This document shows positions 46,820 through 55,722 of a stretch of DNA of 64,000 nt, in pieces. The notes under the pieces were generated by a model. The model worked only from the letters and a program-made list of their open reading frames with translations. It did no database searches and had not been told where the DNA came from. The translations under genes and the position numbers were made by a program. The stretch lies in sequence record MN159079.1. The stretch is one strand, 5' to 3'. How positions within the stretch are numbered: position 1 is the stretch's first letter; each line of letters begins with the position of its first letter.

Positions 46820-48172
46820 ATGTCAATGAACGTTCTGGTAAGTAGCTTGTTACAACAGGCTAAGATTACCGCCAAAATCTCCGGTAAGATAGCTGATAGC
46901 ACGACACTCCGTGCTATCTTTATCACACCAGTTGCACAGCACACCGCTATAAAGGTACTTCAGCATACCAGACAAGCCGATTTCATTTCTAACAGAGCTG
47001 AATGGGTTGGGCTCACAGTCCAACTCCAACCTGGTGTTTATCAGGATAAGATACTCCCATACAGAGACGATCTCCGTGTCCAGGTTATCTCATCAACTGA
47101 AACAGATGTGAAAATATCTGAGTACGTTGCGGTCCCTCTCAATAGTGACGATCCCAGAGTGATGAGCAATACAACTGTCAATGCTGATTTTTCAGCGCAG
47201 GACTCCGTTGCATTGCAAGAATTCCAGTTCCAGCTTATCGATCCTGGGTTTGCTAAGTTGAAGAACTTGGAAGTAAGTGATAACTTCCCAATGAGCAACG
47301 TTGCGGATGTAATCAGAATCACGATGGAGGAGAATACACAAAAGGTCGGTCTGGAAGGGAAGGAAAAGTATCGTGGACTCTACATGGTAGAGCCTGTGGA
47401 CAATGTGAATAAGTACCGACAGATCTTGATTCCTAGTGGAACAAGACTGATCAACCTTCCATTGTTTATTCAGAACCACCCTGAGTTTGGAGTTTACAGT
47501 CGTGGGTTAGGTTGTTTCTACAAACAGAACTATTGGTGGGTTTATCCCCTCTTCAATACAAGTCTTGTGGACGTACACCACCGACCTATTGACCTCATCA
47601 GGATGCCAAGGGACAAAGCCCCTACACTTGATGAAACCTTTTATGTTTCTGATGTGGCACTCACTATCATCTCAACTGGTGATGGTGAACATAGTGACAC
47701 AGCCGACATTACGAAACAGAATAAAGGCGTTGGTTCAAGGATCGTGATGGGTGACGCGATCTCTGGTGATGCGGGGTATCATTACTCTAAAGGACAAGCG
47801 ATCACAACACGTCAAGAAACGATACAAGAGTATAAGCTTTCTGATAGAAAGGATGGGTCTGAGTATACTCCTTTGGATCTTAACCCAACCGGTAACGTTT
47901 GTCGGGCAATGACCAATAACTCCATCAACGAAGGTGAAGTTATTACCGTTGAGTGGCATAACGGAGACATTGGGTATCTCGAACCAGGTCATCCATTGCG
48001 TTACCAGTACATATCTTCAGAAGGTGGACTCACCACTCGTAAAGGTGTGCTTCTCGGATATCGTTGTGATTACGTTCCTATCACTGGCGGTCCATTACCC
48101 AAGATGAAGAGGACTTGTGTACTCACAGTGTTCCTCAAGCGTCAAGAACGGTATAAAGCTCCACAGGAATAA
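46820..48172 (+). CDS. Virion structural protein, possibly baseplate hub
   Basis: 450 aa. C-terminal WHNGDIGYLEPG motif. End of operon. Confidence 0.55.
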   Translation: MSMNVLVSSLLQQAKITAKISGKIADSTTLRAIFITPVAQHTAIKVLQHTRQADFISNRAEWVGLTVQLQPGVYQDKILPYRDDLRVQVISSTETDVKISEYVAVPLNSDDPRVMSNTTVNADFSAQDSVALQEFQFQLIDPGFAKLKNLEVSDNFPMSNVADVIRITMEENTQKVGLEGKEKYRGLYMVEPVDNVNKYRQILIPSGTRLINLPLFIQNHPEFGVYSRGLGCFYKQNYWWVYPLFNTSLVDVHHRPIDLIRMPRDKAPTLDETFYVSDVALTIISTGDGEHSDTADITKQNKGVGSRIVMGDAISGDAGYHYSKGQAITTRQETIQEYKLSDRKDGSEYTPLDLNPTGNVCRAMTNNSINEGEVITVEWHNGDIGYLEPGHPLRYQYISSEGGLTTRKGVLLGYRCDYVPITGGPLPKMKRTCVLTVFLKRQERYKAPQE

Positions 48173-48178
48173 CATACT

Positions 48179-48212
48179 AGCTAGAGCTACCCCGTGGGGT
48201 AGCTCTAGCTTT
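48179..48212. terminator. Bidirectional terminator
   Basis: AGCTAGAGCTACCC-CGTG-GGGTAGCTCTAGCT between convergent genes. Confidence 0.85.
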
Positions 48213-48219
48213 ATCTTAG

Positions 48220-49755
48220 TTACATTGCATCGAAATCGTCGCCACCACCCATTGCTTCACTACGGTGTTGCAAACTCTTACGGAACATTTTCTTTTCCAT
48301 GTTCACATCATGAACAAGACCATTGACCGGGTCGAGCGGATAGATAAAGAACCTGGCTGATTCAGGAGAACCCTCACCACGTTGTTTACCTACATATGCT
48401 GTAAAGAAACATTCATCGTTACTCATTTTAGCAACGTGGAATGTCAACTCTACGTCAACCTCGTTAGTAAGCTTGGTTGAACCTTCGGTCATTGATTTAC
48501 CACCAACTTCCCGAGCGAAGTAAATTTCAGAGTCATCATCAGACTCACGAATGAACTTCTTGGCGTCAGGGTTCAACTGGTGAGGTGTGAAGAACGCAGC
48601 ACCACGAGAAGTAAAGAAGTTACGAGCACGGCGATACAAATCCTGGAGTTTATCAGAACGGGATTCACCCTGGGTACCTTCCAAGTCAGCCATGGCCAGA
48701 TAGTCATACGCAGCAACGATGATTTCATGACCTTTCATCTCGAGGTCACGAGTACGTTGCATGATTTCGTAAATGTTGTCATGACTGGGGTTGACGCGAT
48801 AGAACACAAAGTTCCAACCGTTCTCCTTGAAACCATCGATGATAGCTTCTACCACTTCATCGGTAGTTGCCGAGAAGAAGTCGGGTTTAGTCCCTGTCTT
48901 AGCAGTACCAAACAACTCGTACATACGTTTGAAGATCAAACCAAGCGAATCCTCAGCCGACATCAACAGAACAGTTGGAATACGAGTCTTGTCACGAAGC
49001 ATCGGTCGATTATACAAAGGAACAGATGCTAACAGGTGAGCCAAACCAAAAGACTTACCACGGTTAGTCAGTGCGTTGATGAGATACATCAAGCCACGCC
49101 GAATACCACAGTCCGGATAGAGAGCTTCGTTCAAACCGGCAAGACCGGTTTTCATGATACCTTCCGGAGAAGTTTCAACCTTCAACTGGTTGATAACATC
49201 TGCGATAGCGGTAGGATCGGTGTTACTCGCTTTCTCGACTACAGCCCTATCGAATTGAGAACCAGAATCAGCAATCCGTGCCGAGATCAATTCACTGGCT
49301 TTGATCCAGTCCTCTTTACTTACATCCATTTCACCTTCGAACATGAATGGACGGAGGAGCTTCTTGAGTTCAGTCTGAAACTTACTCTTTACATCAAGTT
49401 CCCTCAACTCCTTAATAATTTGAAAGATGAGCTTACGTGCTACATCTTCCACCATCTCGTTGTCACACGCTTGGTTTAAGAGTTTACCAAGAGATTCGTC
49501 AAGGAAAACAATTTCCGCTATCTTGGTTGGGAGCAGGGATGTTATGACATCCGAATCTTTTGGCTGTTCAAGCATCCATTGCAGGAGTTTGCGCAGCAGA
49601 GCTTCAACTTTCTTATCCTGGACCACCATGCTTTCTTTACTGTGTGGTACCGCTTCCGCCATGATCATCAGCTCGTTCATCATATCGCGGTCTTGAAGAC
49701 GATATGCTTGATACATCGCTGTAAAAATCTTGGCAAGGCGAATCAGGTTATTCAT
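48220..49755 (-). CDS. dnaB: DnaB-like replicative helicase (phiKZ gp118-like)
   Basis: KTGLAGLNEAL, Walker A ALTNRGKS, SAED, YDYL (Walker B), PHQLN and KQRG. No intein. Confidence 0.9.
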   Translation of the reverse strand: MNNLIRLAKIFTAMYQAYRLQDRDMMNELMIMAEAVPHSKESMVVQDKKVEALLRKLLQWMLEQPKDSDVITSLLPTKIAEIVFLDESLGKLLNQACDNEMVEDVARKLIFQIIKELRELDVKSKFQTELKKLLRPFMFEGEMDVSKEDWIKASELISARIADSGSQFDRAVVEKASNTDPTAIADVINQLKVETSPEGIMKTGLAGLNEALYPDCGIRRGLMYLINALTNRGKSFGLAHLLASVPLYNRPMLRDKTRIPTVLLMSAEDSLGLIFKRMYELFGTAKTGTKPDFFSATTDEVVEAIIDGFKENGWNFVFYRVNPSHDNIYEIMQRTRDLEMKGHEIIVAAYDYLAMADLEGTQGESRSDKLQDLYRRARNFFTSRGAAFFTPHQLNPDAKKFIRESDDDSEIYFAREVGGKSMTEGSTKLTNEVDVELTFHVAKMSNDECFFTAYVGKQRGEGSPESARFFIYPLDPVNGLVHDVNMEKKMFRKSLQHRSEAMGGGDDFDAM

Positions 49756-49787
49756 CGAGTAAACTCCTTAAACTGTATAGGTACGCT

Positions 49788-50342
49788 ATGATCATTAAAT
49801 TAGGAGATAGCGAGCAGAAGATCGTATTCCTTCGGGAACAGGATCTCAAGCTCTTGAAGATGTTCAATCTCCAGCCTACTGATCTTCCTACGCTTCCGGC
49901 GATTCGGGAAGTCAGTGATGAAGATTGTTTGAGTTGGCTTGAATTCCAACGTGCTGCTGAGAAGACACTGTTCGGATTTTCAAGTACAACTTATACCAAT
50001 GCTGGTAACATTAAAAATCTGATGGGTGAACGGACCAACTCCGCACTCTTCAAAGCCAAGATGGACAAGGTCCTCGATGCAACCCCGGGTAAAGTAAAAT
50101 ATAATCATCTGTACGGGTATAACCTTAACGGAATGATGTTTGTACTGCTCACCAGTAATACTGTGGAGAGTACATGGTTCCGTGAATTGCCAGGTTCCCT
50201 GGCTAATGCAGTAATGCGTGTTTGCCTGGATACTGTGGGTAGCTTCGGGTTTTACTTTAAATCTGAACGCAATCTTTCTCAAACCACAGAACAGAAAGGC
50301 TACGTTACTGCGGGCACTATTCTGTCCAAAGTACTTGCGTGA
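49788..50342 (+). CDS. Conserved protein upstream of the capsid gene (phiKZ gp119-like slot)
   Basis: 184 aa, divergent from dnaB. Confidence 0.7.
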   Translation: MIIKLGDSEQKIVFLREQDLKLLKMFNLQPTDLPTLPAIREVSDEDCLSWLEFQRAAEKTLFGFSSTTYTNAGNIKNLMGERTNSALFKAKMDKVLDATPGKVKYNHLYGYNLNGMMFVLLTSNTVESTWFRELPGSLANAVMRVCLDTVGSFGFYFKSERNLSQTTEQKGYVTAGTILSKVLA

Positions 50343-50379
50343 TACTTTGTACAGTACGTGTGCATTAACTTCCATGCTA

Positions 50380-50398
50380 TATGTATGTTAATGTTATG
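50380..50398 (+). promoter_or_regulatory. Putative late promoter cluster (TATG x3)
   Basis: TATG at 50380, 50384 and 50395 upstream of the capsid gene. TATG is the nvRNAP late-promoter core in phiKZ. Confidence 0.45.
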
Positions 50399-50464
50399 CG
50401 TAGAAACCTTAACGCAAACAAATATATTTGTTTTCGCTTCCAATGATCAAGGAATATTTGAACT

Positions 50465-52633
50465 ATGAGTATTGCATTCACCACTCGTGGCGGCCAATCC
50501 GGTGCCGCACTGAAGGCCATCATCAACAACGTGTCCGGTATGACCATGGGTCAGGATGACGTCTGGGCCGGCATCGCTGGTACCGAATCCCTGAGCACTG
50601 CCGTCAAAGCCCAACTGCCCGAAGTCGGTTTCAACCAGAAATCTGCCATGGGCTCCGTTGTTGACTCCATCAATGATGGTTCCTTCAACCAGCGTCTGAG
50701 CCAGATGGCTCAGGAAGTTCGGAACATGAACGGTTTCGAAACCTTCTCCCATTCCCTGGAACAAGGCGATGCTGCTCGTCAGAAAGCTGCAACCATCGAC
50801 CTGAACGCCCGTGCCAACCGTCAGTGGGCCGGTGCCGAAGCTCTGTACAAGACCGTCGTGGTCGGCTACAAAGAAGAAGGTATCTCCCTGCCGATCGACG
50901 TTGCCGGTGTTGGTGCCTACAACACTTCCGGTAACATGAACGAGTCCTGGGAAGATCTGCGTCCGATCGCTTCCGTCCTGGCTGACTCCAAGTTCAACCC
51001 GGGCGACGACCTGAAGCTGGTTCCGGTACTGCCGGAAGATCCGAAGAACGCCAACGCTGCTGCCTTCGTCGATCCGACCGTGTGGACTCCGTGGGACGTC
51101 GTGTACGACACCAACGACCTGCTGCGCCGTGAAGCGCACAAGACCAACTACCTGAAGCCCAGCAAGATTCAGAACCTCCTGAACCTGTGCCGTGCCCCGG
51201 GTGCTACTCCGTTCGAGCAGAACGACGAGATCGAATCCAACTCCATCCGTCTGGAAGACGTCCTGGTCACCCTGAAGACCGCCGGCGGCGAAGACGTGCT
51301 GAACCTGCACACCGGTAACATGAGTGGCAACACCATGCGTCCGAGCAACAGCACCACCTCCGACGAGAAGCGTCAGATGTCCTTCATCATCACCGGTGAG
51401 AACATCAAGAACTTCCTCGACAAGGACGAGAAGCCGACCGAACTGTTCAAGGGCCTGACCGATCTGGGTTACAGCGTACACCTGGGCTTCGACATCGTTG
51501 CCACCTATCAGCGTGCTACCAAAGCCTGGACTCCGACCATCAGCGGCGTAAGCATCGCTTACCTGATCAGCAAAGACGGCGAGAAAGTCATCCCGGGCAC
51601 TCCTGGCATGCCGGAAGCCACCCAGGCTCTGATCGACGCTCTGAAGTTCGAAGGTGACATCACCGGTCTGCACATGACCATGAACCACAACAACGTCAAC
51701 CGTAGCCGTTACGGCACCACCGTTGTTTACGGTACTGTCAACAAGTTCTACAACGTTCAACGCCGTACTCCGATCTCCGTCAAGTACCCGATGAACGATC
51801 AGGACAACAACGCTGACATCCTGGCCCGCCTGGTCAAAGACATGAACACCATGGTCACCCGCAACATGACCCATGATGCGTTCAAGGCTGCCAACAAGCA
51901 CTTCGACTACGTCTACGCCAACCACGGTGCCAAGATCGTCAACATCAACGACGATTCCAGCGCTGTTATGCCGGGTCAGCACTTCCTGACCACTACCGGT
52001 ATCAAGGGTAGCATGGACCTGATCAAGGAAGTTTCCACTCTGGACTCCAAAGACACTCGCGAGAACATCTCCGAAGCTCTGGTATCCAAGCTGTGGGACG
52101 TCATCACCGCGATGCGCGTTTCTTCCAACACCGCAGCCCTGAAAGAGCTGGACGGCCGTGACGAGAGCTACACCGTTGTTGCTCACTCTTCCCTGGCTCC
52201 GTTCCTGCTGACCCAAGGTGACTACCGTACCTTTGGTGCGAACATCAAGTTCAACATCGTAGAAACCAACGTCGACTCCGAAATCGGTCGTATGTGGGTG
52301 GTTCCGACCTCCCTGACTACCGACAACGAAATCGACCTGTTCGGTGGTATCGGTATCTGTGTTGCCAAGGACCTGCTGGTTGTTGAAGGTCAGGTACAAC
52401 AGTCCGACCGTCAGTACCGCATGATCATCACCCAGCCTGCCTACCAGCACCACAGCCTGTGCCCGGTCATCGGTCTGGTTGAAGTTGCCGACATGGACAA
52501 GCTCCTGGGCGACGAAGGTCTGATCACTGCCGTGAACAAGCACCTGGCCAAGATCAGTGGTTCCATCGAAACCACCGGCACTGGCACTGGTACTACTACC
52601 GGTAAAGAACTGCCGATCGTTAAAGTACCGTAA
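50465..52633 (+). CDS. Major capsid protein precursor (phiKZ gp120-like)
   Basis: 722 aa with extreme codon bias. Propeptide G-x-E sites (AGTESL, NGFETF, AGAEAL). Position after dnaB. Followed by a strong terminator. Confidence 0.9.
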   Translation: MSIAFTTRGGQSGAALKAIINNVSGMTMGQDDVWAGIAGTESLSTAVKAQLPEVGFNQKSAMGSVVDSINDGSFNQRLSQMAQEVRNMNGFETFSHSLEQGDAARQKAATIDLNARANRQWAGAEALYKTVVVGYKEEGISLPIDVAGVGAYNTSGNMNESWEDLRPIASVLADSKFNPGDDLKLVPVLPEDPKNANAAAFVDPTVWTPWDVVYDTNDLLRREAHKTNYLKPSKIQNLLNLCRAPGATPFEQNDEIESNSIRLEDVLVTLKTAGGEDVLNLHTGNMSGNTMRPSNSTTSDEKRQMSFIITGENIKNFLDKDEKPTELFKGLTDLGYSVHLGFDIVATYQRATKAWTPTISGVSIAYLISKDGEKVIPGTPGMPEATQALIDALKFEGDITGLHMTMNHNNVNRSRYGTTVVYGTVNKFYNVQRRTPISVKYPMNDQDNNADILARLVKDMNTMVTRNMTHDAFKAANKHFDYVYANHGAKIVNINDDSSAVMPGQHFLTTTGIKGSMDLIKEVSTLDSKDTRENISEALVSKLWDVITAMRVSSNTAALKELDGRDESYTVVAHSSLAPFLLTQGDYRTFGANIKFNIVETNVDSEIGRMWVVPTSLTTDNEIDLFGGIGICVAKDLLVVEGQVQQSDRQYRMIITQPAYQHHSLCPVIGLVEVADMDKLLGDEGLITAVNKHLAKISGSIETTGTGTGTTTGKELPIVKVP

Positions 52634-52655
52634 TAGGTACTAAGCTAAACGAACT

Positions 52656-52695
52656 AACCTCAGGAGTCCTTCGGGGCTCCTGAGGTTTTTCTTTT
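52656..52695 (+). terminator. Intrinsic terminator
   Basis: AACCTCAGGAGTCC-TTCG-GGGCTCCTGAGGTT-TTTCTTTT. Confidence 0.9.
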
Positions 52696-52730
52696 GTTCT
52701 GTCTTCATTTATTTACCTCCATACTTTTTG

Positions 52731-52750
52731 AAACAGATATTATCACTGTG
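52731..52750 (+). promoter_or_regulatory. Putative early promoter
   Basis: AAACAG-ATATTAT-CACTGTG. Confidence 0.7.
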
Positions 52751-52793
52751 TATTGTATCTGGAAAATCCCTTTCAGATAAGGAGGTAATAATA

Positions 52794-53972
52794 ATGGCAC
52801 CGACTATGGCGCTACCCCAATATGAGGGTGAGCGTTACTATAAGTCGGGAATCAATGTATCAATGAGATGTCATAAACCTGGCTTCCTCGTTGATTGTTT
52901 TGGAGCGCTGGTTGAATTGCCGGCATCGACAGATAGCGCTTTTGGTAACCGACCCGGTAACGAGTATGGTATTGCCATAGAGAGCTACTCTCTTTCCAGG
53001 TTCCCTGACTTGACGTTCTATCGTTCAGTTGAACGAGAAGGCGATCATGGCCTGACCAATGAATTGAGAAAGATGAATGAGAACCGTAAACTGGAAGGCC
53101 ATCCTTTCGGTGGGGTACGAGTTCCTAACTCTCACTTCACAGTCGAGAACGGCATAAAACAACAAGGTATGACCGACGTATTAATGACGGCCAGACCTAA
53201 AGAGATGGAAGTCTACTTCCACAAGTACGACCCTGACACTGTCAAGGAAGTACACCATAACCGAACAGGACACTACGTTGTAGGGTTCGATCGTGATGCA
53301 GTTATAACTGCGGCTATCAATGCAGGATATATCCAGCAGGCACCCGGGACAGTTGACGCTTCCCTCATGCCAACCGAAGGCCGAATGATTATTACGGATG
53401 ATCTGCCAGGGTCTCCGATGACAGTTACTCTGTTCATGAAAGATACTACAGGTAGGTTCTCGAACCTGTGGCACACTGCTGCCGGACGTTCGGTTATTGT
53501 TCCTAATCTGAAAGACTACAATGGAGCCGACGGGCTTTACGTAGTTATTAATAGCAATCGTAAACAAGTCATCAATGACTTTGTACCATTCACCATTGGA
53601 GTGGATACGGTTGATATTGAAAAAGACCTTATGAAGTTTGAAGTCTATTCTTCTGAGGCTGCTATGTCTAGCACCATGACTCCTAAGCAGGTTGCCGATC
53701 TTGAAAAAGCTCGTGAACAACTTAAAGCTGAGTTGGAAAAGACAAAGAAAGAGTTGGATAAGAAGGAAGAAGAGATCAGGAGGCTCACTGATGAGCTGAA
53801 TGAGGTCAAACGTTTACGTGTTCGCGACCGTGAAGGGTTTGATGACGTGAAATCCGACTTGAAGAAGAATACTAAGCTCGACTGGTTCAAGACTGGGATG
53901 TCTACCTTCGGGATGGAAATAAAGAAAACGCTATACTGGATGGCGAAGCTGGCCATGACAGTCTTTATCTAA
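52794..53972 (+). CDS. Early protein with C-terminal coiled coil and amphipathic tail
   Basis: AAGGAGG RBS then ATG 52794. Heptad region DLEKAREQLKAELEKTKKELDKKEEEIRRL. Confidence 0.75.
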   Translation: MAPTMALPQYEGERYYKSGINVSMRCHKPGFLVDCFGALVELPASTDSAFGNRPGNEYGIAIESYSLSRFPDLTFYRSVEREGDHGLTNELRKMNENRKLEGHPFGGVRVPNSHFTVENGIKQQGMTDVLMTARPKEMEVYFHKYDPDTVKEVHHNRTGHYVVGFDRDAVITAAINAGYIQQAPGTVDASLMPTEGRMIITDDLPGSPMTVTLFMKDTTGRFSNLWHTAAGRSVIVPNLKDYNGADGLYVVINSNRKQVINDFVPFTIGVDTVDIEKDLMKFEVYSSEAAMSSTMTPKQVADLEKAREQLKAELEKTKKELDKKEEEIRRLTDELNEVKRLRVRDREGFDDVKSDLKKNTKLDWFKTGMSTFGMEIKKTLYWMAKLAMTVFI

Positions 53973-53994
53973 AACAAACCTGTAGGAGGGTTTA

Positions 53995-55722
53995 ATGGAT
54001 CCGCAATTGCTGAAACTTTCGCGTAATGCCTTTAACCAAGATCTGGTTGACGGGATTCACATGAAACAACTGAACGGTAGTGGTTTGAATTACCTGGAAG
54101 ATTGTTTCAGAACGATCTTGAAACCGCTTGCCGCAAAAGGCTACGTATTTGAAGGACTCGAGCGGGTCGACCCAATAGACTTCTACAACGCTATCACCCG
54201 TCCTGGTTCTGCGACCGGTGGCGGTAGTAGTGGTACAAAGGAGTTTGAGATCGCTAAGAACTCGTTCATTGGTGTCAGGATGAAGAACCACTTCATCGAT
54301 CCCAAGACAGGTCAGCGTGAAGCACTTAAAGAGCCTTTGTTCTTTATTGCATACACCAACCGTCATGGTGATGTCTACACACGGAACAGTTTGTACGGGA
54401 TGCAGTATGTCCTGGCCGAACGTGGACCGTCAGTGGATGGTGCCAGAGAAAAACGAGTCTTTGTACGGGTAACTGGTTATAAGTTCAACGTTACTCGTGA
54501 GCTCCATACGTTCTCAAGACTTCATCTGACAGAACGTGGACTTCACAGTAGCTCCACCAACGTAACACTTCCTGCAAACCGGTTCTATGCTGCAAAGCAA
54601 GATCGTAGTCTGAAGAACCGTAAGAAAGTTCCGATTCCGCTGTTGTCCTGGTACCTGTTCGGTAAGTACGGGTTCAGTCACTGCATGTCGGAATTTGCAG
54701 AGTGTGAATACATTCTCGATACCACCGACTCCCTGGTAGAACGTTGCCGAGGGGAAGATGGTTGGGAGATCTATGAAAACAACGGAACAGTCAATCCGAA
54801 GGTAATGCCGCGTCCTCGCGGTGCAGAGCGTCAAGAATATGAACCGGCAATCGCTATCCGCAACAAGCGTGGTGGCGAGGTGAGTAACCTGGCGTTGCAA
54901 TATGTCGGCGGACTGCTGTTCATGCTGAGTGTGTTCCCGTACGAATCGGACATCGGTGCAATTGATGAAATCGATTACTGGCGTTACATTGTAGGTCGTT
55001 GTTCAATCAACCTCCCTGCAAACGCCAAGAAAGATGACTACCTCTGCCAGATGGACGAGCATTTCACTTCGGTGGAGGAGTACTTCGATGACCACACGCT
55101 CAACCGTTATGCAAGCGTCGGTATCCAGGTGAAGGACACTTACGAGTTCCTGAACTATTTGATGACCGATTACTCCAACCTGATCAAAACCTATGATCCG
55201 GCAAACATGCTCCACAAAGAGCTGTCGTCCATGGAATTCCTCATGGATAACATGATTGAGGTTGCCAACAACTTCAAGTACCGGATTAAGAACAAGGCAA
55301 ACATTGCTCCGCGTTACATCAACCGAGAACTGGACACCCATTTCAGGCTGTTCAATATCGACAAGAGTATTCGCGAGAACAACGTTTGCTTAGAACAAAC
55401 CGGGACCGACAACCCGTTCATCGATTATGGCCTGGGTATTATACTCCAGACCAGAGCATCCGTAGGCCGTGCCGCCGGACGCAAAGGTGACGATTTCGAT
55501 CCCAACCACCCCGGAAGCGTTATACACGAAAGTCAACCTTTTGTGTGCAGTTATCAGTGTGCTTCCAAGCCGTCACCAGACGCGAGGGGTATGCTGCATC
55601 CGCGAGTCTTCCTGCAAGGTGGAAAGTATACAGCCCTTCGACCCGAACATCGTGAACTCTATGAGCACGTTCGTCGGCGTCTGAATCAACGACAGCATAC
55701 AAACGAGGCACACAATGAATAA
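53995..55722 (+). CDS. rpoB: Non-virion RNAP beta subunit, N-terminal part (phiKZ gp123-like)
   Basis: 575 aa with AGGAGG RBS. YVLAERG and PDARGMLHP segments. Position after the capsid gene. Confidence 0.75.
   Translation: MDPQLLKLSRNAFNQDLVDGIHMKQLNGSGLNYLEDCFRTILKPLAAKGYVFEGLERVDPIDFYNAITRPGSATGGGSSGTKEFEIAKNSFIGVRMKNHFIDPKTGQREALKEPLFFIAYTNRHGDVYTRNSLYGMQYVLAERGPSVDGAREKRVFVRVTGYKFNVTRELHTFSRLHLTERGLHSSSTNVTLPANRFYAAKQDRSLKNRKKVPIPLLSWYLFGKYGFSHCMSEFAECEYILDTTDSLVERCRGEDGWEIYENNGTVNPKVMPRPRGAERQEYEPAIAIRNKRGGEVSNLALQYVGGLLFMLSVFPYESDIGAIDEIDYWRYIVGRCSINLPANAKKDDYLCQMDEHFTSVEEYFDDHTLNRYASVGIQVKDTYEFLNYLMTDYSNLIKTYDPANMLHKELSSMEFLMDNMIEVANNFKYRIKNKANIAPRYINRELDTHFRLFNIDKSIRENNVCLEQTGTDNPFIDYGLGIILQTRASVGRAAGRKGDDFDPNHPGSVIHESQPFVCSYQCASKPSPDARGMLHPRVFLQGGKYTALRPEHRELYEHVRRRLNQRQHTNEAHNE

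Noticed and set aside
50447-52543. 698-aa minus-strand ORF opposite the major capsid gene (also 37819-39027, 33663-35045, 24917-26248, 7391-8929, 1393-2172 and the + strand 29045-30457)
   Set aside because: These are antisense shadows produced by the strong codon bias of real genes on the opposite strand. They have no RBS, implausible composition and near-exact co-extension with the real ORFs.
52570-52660. Thr/Gly linker at the capsid C-terminus suggesting a frameshifted Ig-domain extension
   Set aside because: No slippery site or downstream open frame; tandem stops and a strong terminator follow directly.
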